A stretch of 51,610 bases of DNA, taken from the IMG/VR virus record IMGVR_UViG_3300019487_000008, positions 1 to 51,610 of that record; one strand, written 5' to 3'. The translations under genes and the position numbers were made by a program. This stretch comes from a virus. A model generated the notes under the pieces. It was not told the origin of the DNA and searched no databases. It was given only the letters and a program-made list of their open reading frames with translations. Positions 21,974 through 29,007 of the stretch are shown here, piece after piece; positions within the stretch are counted from its first letter, which is position 1; each line of letters starts with the position of its first letter.

Positions 21974-23221
21974 ATGAATCTCAAGATCCTGTGCTTGTCT
22001 CTGCTGATCGCCACGTCGGCGTCAGCCGTTGCAATCAGCCCCGGAGACGGCTCCGGCAACACCAGCCCCCCTGGCGTACTCAGCGCCGCCTGGTTCGCCT
22101 TCTGCCGCTTCGATGATGGAGCGGGCGGGTCAACCGACGAAGGGGCATGGCACATCGAGGACGGCTGGTTCCTCGCACCCGAGAACAACCTCATCGCTCC
22201 GACCACAGGGATCCGCTGTGCTGGGACCCTCTACCCGACCGTGGAGACCTACCAGCTCGACGGCTGGACGGACATCGGCGGCACCGACCAGTGCAACATC
22301 GCGACGAACCTCAGGCTCCGGCGCGTCTCCCCAGTGCCCTCTGTCCCGACTGTTCCCGTGGCGCAGATTTCCGTCGAGACTGGGGACGTGGGCTACCTCG
22401 TCGGCGCAGGCGCCAGGAGGACGGCCAACACCCTCCCGGGGCCGGACTGCTTCATCAACGACCCGCCCTGGCCGCTCCTCCAGACGCCCTTCATCGAGGC
22501 CACGACAGACCACCAGACCCGATGGGCGGAGAACAGGCCCGAGATCAAGTGGTTCACGATCGGAGGGACCATCACCGGCTGCCCGTGCCCTCCGACGGGA
22601 ACGACCGCCGCCTGCGTTGGAAATGCAGGCTGCCCCCTAGAACAGAACTCCGCCACGAGGATCTACTGGGATCCGATCTCCGACCCGAATGCGCTCCCCA
22701 ACGAAGGCATCGGTCTGCCGGAGGGCGACATCGGCGCCGGCTTCATGCGGATCAACAGCGAGGGCCCCGAGCTGATCGGCCTCAACGAGTCGTCCGCCTT
22801 CTGCGCCCTGCTCACTTCCCCCGTAGACGCAGCGGTCTACGACATGAATCAGTTGATCCAACTCCCGGCCTACTACAACCAGATCCAGGACATCATCGCT
22901 GACACCGACAGCGATGGCGTGCGCAACTGGTACGACAACTGCAAGAACCACGCGAACGCAGGCCAGCAGGACGCTGACGGAGACGACATCGGAAACCGCT
23001 GCGACCCGGACTTCGACCAGAACGGCATCGTGGGCGGCTCCGACTTCGTGACGCTCCAGGCGTGCTTCGGGAGCCACCCACCGATCTCAGGAGGGCCCGC
23101 GTCGGACCTGACCTGTGAGGAGTCCGACCTCGACTCCAACGGTGTGGTCGGGTCGTCCGACTACATCATCCTGCGAGCCTTCTTCGGGATGCAGAACGGG
23201 CCGGCCGGGACCTGCGGCTAG
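21974..23221 (+). CDS. secreted protein with thrombospondin type-3 and dockerin-like Ca-binding repeats
   Basis: 415 aa from ATG with GAGGAG upstream. Signal peptide MNLKILCLSLLIATSASAVA. DTDSDGVRNWYDNC..N..QQDADGDDIGNRCDPDFDQNG (TSP3-like). DQNGIVGGSDFVTLQACFG and DSNGVVGSSDYIILRAFFG (dockerin/EF-hand-like). Confidence 0.65.
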   Translation: MNLKILCLSLLIATSASAVAISPGDGSGNTSPPGVLSAAWFAFCRFDDGAGGSTDEGAWHIEDGWFLAPENNLIAPTTGIRCAGTLYPTVETYQLDGWTDIGGTDQCNIATNLRLRRVSPVPSVPTVPVAQISVETGDVGYLVGAGARRTANTLPGPDCFINDPPWPLLQTPFIEATTDHQTRWAENRPEIKWFTIGGTITGCPCPPTGTTAACVGNAGCPLEQNSATRIYWDPISDPNALPNEGIGLPEGDIGAGFMRINSEGPELIGLNESSAFCALLTSPVDAAVYDMNQLIQLPAYYNQIQDIIADTDSDGVRNWYDNCKNHANAGQQDADGDDIGNRCDPDFDQNGIVGGSDFVTLQACFGSHPPISGGPASDLTCEESDLDSNGVVGSSDYIILRAFFGMQNGPAGTCG

Positions 23222-23234
23222 CCCACACGCTGAC

Positions 23235-23280
23235 GCACGCTGGGGGCGCGCCACGACTCCTGATGTCGCCCCCAGCGTGC
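23235..23280 (+). terminator. 14-bp perfect GC-rich hairpin after the secreted-protein gene (no U-tract)
   Basis: gcacgctgggggcg (23235-23248) pairs with cgcccccagcgtgc (23267-23280), with an 18-nt loop. No T-run follows, so terminator function is uncertain. Confidence 0.4.
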
Positions 23281-23313
23281 CCTGGCGCCCACGCGGCGCA
23301 GAGAGAGGACCCC

Positions 23314-23502
23314 ATGCCCGTACCTAACATGAAACTTCTGATTCGTGAGGCTCGCCGGCTTGGCGCAGAAGCCTACCGCCACGGCGGCGACACCATTCTG
23401 TATCACCCAACTTGGGGCCGGAAGGTCTCATGTTCTATGGGCAGAAAAGACGGGAGCCGCATCCTGTTGAAGCTGGTGAAGCAGCTTCGTGAGGCCAGAT
23501 GA
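23314..23502 (+). CDS. hypothetical small protein (weak YcfA/HicA-like pattern)
   Basis: 62 aa with GAGAGAGGA upstream. Coupled by ATGA to the polymerase exonuclease ORF. Confidence 0.45.
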   Translation: MPVPNMKLLIREARRLGAEAYRHGGDTILYHPTWGRKVSCSMGRKDGSRILLKLVKQLREAR

Positions 23503-24131
23503 AGGTACTCCTCACCCCGCTCCTCCACCCTGCCGCCATCGTTCGCGGTCGTTGGAACATGGAACCAGCCATGCAACGCTACCTCCAACGAGTCAAAGAC
23601 AACCCATTCCCCACCCCTCTCGACCTGAGCCAGGCCCCCGGCCCAGCCATCTTGTATCCGACCCTCTCGGACCTGGACGCTTTCGGCGCAGAGGCCCGCC
23701 GCCTCAAGGCCGTGGCCTTGGACATAGAAACCGGAGGCCCGGCCCTGCTGTGCGTGGGGTTTGCAGCCATGACCCCTCCAGGCGAGGAGCCCGCCACCGT
23801 CGGTTTGAAGCTGTGCCTCAGGTTCCGGCGCCAAGGCGGGCGACTCTACTGGAGCGATTGGCCCAGCCACGAGGCAGCGACCCAGTGGCTCTACGACCTG
23901 TTGGCCGACGCCACCGTGGACAAAGTGTTCCATAACGGGATCGCATTCGATGTTCCATACTTGGAGGAACTGGGGTTCACGGTGGCTGGCCAGCTCTGGG
24001 ACACCATTCTGATGGCTCACGCGGCATACTCAGAACTTCCGAAGCGCCTCCAGTTTCTTTCGACCCTGTTTTTAGGTTTCCCAGTGTGGAAGACCATGGT
24101 GAAAGACGAAGCCATCGAAGAGAAGGGGTGA
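23499..24131 (+). CDS. polA: family A DNA polymerase, fragment 1: 3'-5' exonuclease ExoI + ExoII
   Basis: 210 aa. ALDIET (ExoI), VFHNGIAFDVPYL (ExoII), WDTILMAH. Ends with TGA before ExoIII. Confidence 0.8.
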   Translation: MKVLLTPLLHPAAIVRGRWNMEPAMQRYLQRVKDNPFPTPLDLSQAPGPAILYPTLSDLDAFGAEARRLKAVALDIETGGPALLCVGFAAMTPPGEEPATVGLKLCLRFRRQGGRLYWSDWPSHEAATQWLYDLLADATVDKVFHNGIAFDVPYLEELGFTVAGQLWDTILMAHAAYSELPKRLQFLSTLFLGFPVWKTMVKDEAIEEKG

Positions 24132-24137
24132 GAGACA

Positions 24138-24635
24138 ATGACGAAGATTTCTGGGCCTAGGGATCGGGTGATTGACGACCTGTTCCGCAACTGCTGTGAG
24201 GCGGCCAAGGTGGTTTTCGAGCGCGAGGGCCACTTCTACTCGAAGCTGCATCTGATATTCAAAGACGGCAGCATGGCCATCTTGGGGGGCGGATCCATGC
24301 ACGAGATGATCGAAGAGGCCAGAAAGCTGTCGAACGACGGCCTACTCGCAGTCTTCGGGATCGCCGAAGCGTGGTCCGTGTTTCGCCACGCTGAGGACCC
24401 AGACCTGGAAACCGTCAACCCGAGCGAAGCCTCCGACCGCCAAGAAGTCCTCCACGCCTTTCTGGAGACCCGCGAAGGCCGAAGGCTCCTGGTGACCTGG
24501 AACATCATCCGCCGAGACGAAGCAGGATGGCCTTCCTTGGGTGAGCCAGAGACCAACACAACCGGCCCCGGCATGAAGTTCGGCGGGCGCTGCGTGGGGA
24601 TTTTCCCCATATTTCACGGCGCCTCGATCCACTAA
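24138..24635 (+). CDS. hypothetical protein inserted within the split polymerase gene
   Basis: 165 aa with its own ATG 6 nt after the TGA and GGGGTGAG upstream. Same reading frame as both polymerase fragments. No motif recognised. Confidence 0.55.
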   Translation: MTKISGPRDRVIDDLFRNCCEAAKVVFEREGHFYSKLHLIFKDGSMAILGGGSMHEMIEEARKLSNDGLLAVFGIAEAWSVFRHAEDPDLETVNPSEASDRQEVLHAFLETREGRRLLVTWNIIRRDEAGWPSLGEPETNTTGPGMKFGGRCVGIFPIFHGASIH

Positions 24636-24647
24636 ACTACTCCCACG

Positions 24648-26096
24648 GTGCCCAAGGCCAACCAGGGGTGGGTGGACGCGGAGTTCCAGTTCGTCCGGTT
24701 GCCGGACGAGACCCTGGGGGTCTACAACCTCTGGGACACCGAAGCCACAGCGCGGCTCGCCCACTGCCTCCACCGGGAGCTGGTCCAGACGGGCCAGCTC
24801 TCATGGTTCCAGGAGGGCCCCCAAGCTGTCCAGCCTGCGGTTCTGGCGATGCAGCGGCGCGGCCTTCTGTTGGATCAGTCGGCCCACGACACCTCTCGGG
24901 CTCGCCTCCACGATGAGTTGCACGAAACCGACCGCAGCCTTCGCGCCCATACCCCACCAGGCATCAGCTTCGACTCTCCCACTCAGCTCTCCAAGTGGCT
25001 GTTCAACCCCCCCACCGAGGGTGGTCTCGGCCTCAAGCCGGCCAAAATCACCGACAAGGGCCACCGGCAAGTTGACTTGGAGTCGCTGGTGAGGGTCCTC
25101 CAGGGACTCCGCAAGCGAGACGCCGCCGCCCGCCCGATCCTGGAGCAACTCTTCCACCGGAGCCGACTCAAGACCCTGCTGGAGAGGTATTTCGATCCCA
25201 TGGTGGGGCACGACGGCCGCGTCCGCGCCACAGTCAAGATGTTCGGCACCAAGACCTTCAGGTTCTCGTATGCGCGGCCGGCCCTCCAACAATTTCCCGA
25301 CAAGCTGCGTCGGATGTTCATAGCCTCCCCAGGCCATCACTTCGTCTCTTCGGACTATTCTCAGCTAGAGGCCCGGATCATGGCTGTGCTGGCCCAGGAC
25401 CGAGTGAGCCTCGACGCTTTCACTCGTGGTGAGGACATCCACGACCTGAACTCCAGGGACCTGTTTGGGTGGTCGCCGTCAGACTGGGAAGCCCTCAATC
25501 CAACGCAACGCAAGGCGGCTCGCAACTTCGCAAAAACCTTCCTGTATGGTCTTCAGTACGGAGGCCGAGCCGAAACCATGAAAATGAAGGTCTTTTGCCC
25601 GTGCCCCTTGTGTGTGGAAGAGAACCCTCCCACCCTCGACCTGAAGCGCAGTGAGATCGCCCTTGCTGAGCGTCGGTGGATGGCCCGGCACCCTGCGGTG
25701 CCTCGCTACCAAAGGCAAGTCTCCGAGCAGGTCCGTTCAACCCGGTCCTACCTTCACCCACTGGGGGTGCGCCGCTACTTCGCCAAACCCTGGGGCAACG
25801 AGCTGGAACGAGAGGTCAAGAACGTCCCTATGCAGATGGGCGCGGCCATCCTGATGGTCCAGGCCCAGGTCAAGTTGCACCAACTAGGAGTCCCGGTGTG
25901 CCTTCAGCACCACGACTCGTTCTTGTGTGAGGTGCCTGACGAGCAGATCGCCGAGACCTCGACCACCTTGCGGGAGGTCATGGAAGCCCCGGTCCCCCAG
26001 ATGGGAGGGGTGAGGTTTCCCGTCACAATCTCAGTAGGCAGGAATTGGGCCGACCGCACCATCGACAACCCTGAAGGCTTGGGAGCCTCCACATGA
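24648..26096 (+). CDS. polA: family A DNA polymerase, fragment 2: ExoIII + polymerase domain
   Basis: 482 aa. YNLWDTEATARL (ExoIII), SSDYSQLEARIMA (motif A), RKAARNFAKTFLYGLQYGG (motif B), LQHHDSFLCEV (motif C). Only a GTG start, with no clear SD. Confidence 0.8.
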   Translation: MPKANQGWVDAEFQFVRLPDETLGVYNLWDTEATARLAHCLHRELVQTGQLSWFQEGPQAVQPAVLAMQRRGLLLDQSAHDTSRARLHDELHETDRSLRAHTPPGISFDSPTQLSKWLFNPPTEGGLGLKPAKITDKGHRQVDLESLVRVLQGLRKRDAAARPILEQLFHRSRLKTLLERYFDPMVGHDGRVRATVKMFGTKTFRFSYARPALQQFPDKLRRMFIASPGHHFVSSDYSQLEARIMAVLAQDRVSLDAFTRGEDIHDLNSRDLFGWSPSDWEALNPTQRKAARNFAKTFLYGLQYGGRAETMKMKVFCPCPLCVEENPPTLDLKRSEIALAERRWMARHPAVPRYQRQVSEQVRSTRSYLHPLGVRRYFAKPWGNELEREVKNVPMQMGAAILMVQAQVKLHQLGVPVCLQHHDSFLCEVPDEQIAETSTTLREVMEAPVPQMGGVRFPVTISVGRNWADRTIDNPEGLGAST

Positions 26097-27937
26097 GACA
26101 CCTGCGGCTAGTCCACAGGGAGCTGACCGCCGAAGAGTGCAAACTCGTCTTGTCCCAATGGGAGCCCAAGATGGAGCAACTCTTCCGGGCGGCCGAGGCC
26201 ACTCCCCCTGACGCCTGGAGCCAGGACTACATCAAGCAGGCCAAGCTGATCCACACCATCGGGGTCTGCTGGGAGGCCATGCCCGACGAGAAGCGGCAGT
26301 CGGCCCAAGCCCGCGCCCTCCGGTATGTGCCTATGCTCTCAGCGAACCCTCGGGCCTTCGAGGTGTTCATGGACATGATCGTTCAGCGGTGGAGCAGCCG
26401 GCCCTACGAAGACATCGCCCGAGCCCTCCAGGTGGGCCTCTTCAAAGAGCAGGACTTCGTAGCCCTCGACGAAGAGAAACCCTACTTGGAGGTGGGAGGT
26501 TGGCTCGGGGACTATGTGGACTGGGCCAAGGCCGGCGAGTGCCCCATAGCGTTCCACTTCTGGGCTGCTGTGGCGTTGATTGGCGCGGTCGCCAAGTTTC
26601 GGGTCTCCATCGACCGCAGGGCCTATCGACTGAGACTCAACCACTATGTTTTTCTGTTTGGCCCGCAGGGGACCGGGAAAGGCCAAGCCAAGTCCGCCAT
26701 GCTCGACATCCTCAGGAGGCTGAATCGAATCATCGACCCGGAACACCCTGAGGACGCCCACCACGCTCGGATCCGCCTGATCCCAGAGGACACCAACCAA
26801 TCCGCCATGCTCAGACTCCTGAAGCCTGAGCCAGCCCATAGCGCCAAGGTCGGCTCGCTGGAGTCAGCCATGGTGGATTCGACGGGATTCCTGGTGCTGG
26901 ATGAGTTGGCCACTTTCTTCTCTAAGGACGCCTTCCGGATTTCCAAGACCTTGCCTTTTTTGGTGACCGCCTACAGCGAAGAGGAGTACGACTACTACAC
27001 CGTCACAGGCGGTCACATCCATCTGGAGAACCTGGCCCTCTCCATGCTAGGGTGCTCGACCCTGGACTGGATCAAAGACGCCATCACTCCGCTCTTGATG
27101 CACGGCGGGTTCCTGGACAGGACGCAACTGATCTACCGCACCGAGACCCCCCGCGTCTACTCGACGCCAGGATTCCTGGATCCTGTGCGAGCCATTCAGC
27201 TCGCTCACGGGTTGCTGGAACTGGCCACCCTGGAGGAGCCAGTGTTGATGGCTGGGGACCTCGGAGCCCTGGAGTGGTACGACGATTGGTACCGCAAGAT
27301 CCCCGTCACCGATCACATAGAAATGGCCCGCCCAGGCCAAGAGGGGGACTCGTTCTCCACCTCCTCGAAGCGGCAAGCCAACCACCTGTGGAAGCTGGCG
27401 GCCATCCTGTCGATCTCAGAGGGGACCCACTACCCCTGGATCACTCGCGCCCACATGGAGAAGGCCGCGAAGCTACTGAAACTGGAGCGTGAGCACTCCG
27501 CCAGCTTCTTTCAGATGGTGTCGAGGTCTCCTGAAGGCGCCATCCTAGAGAGACTCCTCCAGGTGCTCTGGCGCATCGGCAAAGGCGACGCGGTGCGCTG
27601 GGCAGACCTCATTTCCCGAGTGAAAGCGTGGAAGGGCTTGCGCGGCAGATCGCGGCTCCTGTTGGAGTACCTCTACACCATGCAGGACGCCGGCATGGTG
27701 AAACTCGTCAAGATGGTCGGGAAAACCGGGCAACCGACCCGGGGCTTTGCGATCCGCCCTCTCGTGGAGCCCAGGGTGCAACTCGAACTCCCTGCGACCC
27801 CGGACCCGGCCCTGCTACCTGACGAGGGCCCTGAGGTCGTGCAGGCCACCGGCGGGCCCATGGAGTCCGAAGCCAAGAGGCGTCGCCGGCGGGAATGGCC
27901 TGATCCACAGGATCCCGATTTAGACGAGGGCACCTGA
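26093..27937 (+). CDS. DUF3987-like P-loop ATPase, putative replicative helicase
   Basis: 614 aa. ATGA overlap with the polymerase. Walker A FGPQGTGKG, Walker B FLVLDELATFF. The overall layout resembles DUF3987/SF3-type helicases. No primase motifs seen. Confidence 0.55.
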   Translation: MRHLRLVHRELTAEECKLVLSQWEPKMEQLFRAAEATPPDAWSQDYIKQAKLIHTIGVCWEAMPDEKRQSAQARALRYVPMLSANPRAFEVFMDMIVQRWSSRPYEDIARALQVGLFKEQDFVALDEEKPYLEVGGWLGDYVDWAKAGECPIAFHFWAAVALIGAVAKFRVSIDRRAYRLRLNHYVFLFGPQGTGKGQAKSAMLDILRRLNRIIDPEHPEDAHHARIRLIPEDTNQSAMLRLLKPEPAHSAKVGSLESAMVDSTGFLVLDELATFFSKDAFRISKTLPFLVTAYSEEEYDYYTVTGGHIHLENLALSMLGCSTLDWIKDAITPLLMHGGFLDRTQLIYRTETPRVYSTPGFLDPVRAIQLAHGLLELATLEEPVLMAGDLGALEWYDDWYRKIPVTDHIEMARPGQEGDSFSTSSKRQANHLWKLAAILSISEGTHYPWITRAHMEKAAKLLKLEREHSASFFQMVSRSPEGAILERLLQVLWRIGKGDAVRWADLISRVKAWKGLRGRSRLLLEYLYTMQDAGMVKLVKMVGKTGQPTRGFAIRPLVEPRVQLELPATPDPALLPDEGPEVVQATGGPMESEAKRRRRREWPDPQDPDLDEGT

Positions 27938-27966
27938 ATTGACGGGGGGAAATCCCTACAAGGTCC

Positions 27967-29004
27967 CTACGTGGGCTCCAGCCCCAGCCCTTCCTCCAGC
28001 GCCACCAACACCCCGCCGAGCCGCTGGAAGGCATCCCACCGGACCTGAATCTCTGGGGTGGAAACCCCCCGGACCACGCCCATGGCCCTGGCCACGGCCG
28101 TCTCCCAGCTCCCGTCGGCGACGCCCCGGGCGACTCCGATGAGTCCGTCGCGGCCTCCCGTGACGATGCGGCGGGCCTCCCGGTCCACCTGGATGTCGTG
28201 CCAGAAGACCCGCCCCTGGTGCTCGCCGTAGTCGATCTGGCAGCCGGCCTCAGCGCGCCCCTCGCTGGGCCACGGTGGTACAGACATGGGTACAACGCAG
28301 GTGAATCGGCTCCCCAGGCTCGGCTTCACCTCCCCGCGAATGACCCCATCCAGGGGTGCCGCCGGGCTCAGGGCCTCCATGAAGGCATGGGTGTGCAGCC
28401 ACGGCCACCCGGCCTCGAACCCCTGGACCTTGGGGCCTCCCAGGTCCACGGAGGCTTGGAACAGGCCAGAGAACCCGAGGTCTTTTAACTCCGTGGCCAA
28501 TTCCCCCCACACAGGAGCGAGCGGGCCCCCGACCAGTTGGTCGTGGGGGAATCGCCCCAACATGAGAGCCGCATCCACCTTGGGTCCAATTCCACCCGGC
28601 CATGCCCCCTGCTCCACCACCAGCAGGTGGGGGGCGTGGATCTCTCCGTCGGCAGCCTCGAACCAGCCACCGAGCCTGACTGAGCCGTCCACCTGCCCCC
28701 GTCGTGGCGCCCTGGCGAGTCTTCGTTGGGCTCCCCGGCTCGGGACCCAAAGGTCCCGGACATCGCTCACCAGGACGCGATCTCCACGCTCCGCTTCAGC
28801 CAGCAGCTCGTCGAGAGGGAAGTTACCCACCTGCTCGTCGAGCTGGAGGAAGGCTCCCTGGAAGGCGGGGCGAAATCCCCTCACCCAGACCATCAGCTCG
28901 TGCCGCTCAGGCGCGGGACCGTTCGACAGGAGGCCCAGCCGGTGGGCCAACGGGACGAGGCCGTGGGTGTGGGTGATGACGAGGATGCAGGCCGCGTCCG
29001 CCAA
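27967..29004 (-). CDS. PurD-like ATP-grasp fold protein, degenerate
   Basis: 345 aa with TTG start. Colinear resemblance to glycinamide ribonucleotide synthetase: ILVITHTHGLVPLAHRL vs VLVIGxGGREHALAWKL; LGFSGLFQASVDLGGPKVQGFEAG vs GFLYAGLMI..PKVIEFNCR; RRIVTGGRDGLIGVARGV vs VVTNGGRVLCVTALG. The FNCRFGDPE-type residues are not conserved. Confidence 0.4.
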   Translation of the reverse strand: MADAACILVITHTHGLVPLAHRLGLLSNGPAPERHELMVWVRGFRPAFQGAFLQLDEQVGNFPLDELLAEAERGDRVLVSDVRDLWVPSRGAQRRLARAPRRGQVDGSVRLGGWFEAADGEIHAPHLLVVEQGAWPGGIGPKVDAALMLGRFPHDQLVGGPLAPVWGELATELKDLGFSGLFQASVDLGGPKVQGFEAGWPWLHTHAFMEALSPAAPLDGVIRGEVKPSLGSRFTCVVPMSVPPWPSEGRAEAGCQIDYGEHQGRVFWHDIQVDREARRIVTGGRDGLIGVARGVADGSWETAVARAMGVVRGVSTPEIQVRWDAFQRLGGVLVALEEGLGLEPT

Positions 29005-29007
29005 AGG

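Noticed and set aside
23314-23502. HicA/YcfA-like toxin
   Set aside because: Only a loose pattern match (..RRLGAEAYRHGGDTILYHP...). The conserved G-S-H catalytic His position reads GGD, and no HicB-like partner follows; the next gene is the polymerase.
24129-24650. Intein, group I intron or genome-wide stop-codon reassignment as the explanation for the in-frame stops in polA
   Set aside because: Intein: the insert lacks an N-terminal Cys/Ser and a C-terminal His-Asn plus Cys/Ser/Thr, and real stop codons are present. Intron: the ORF fills all but 18 nt of the gap, leaving no room for a ribozyme core, although this is not formally excluded. Recoding: TGA, TAA and TAG cleanly terminate dozens of coupled ORFs elsewhere (ATGA/GTGA overlaps), so a global reassignment is not supported.
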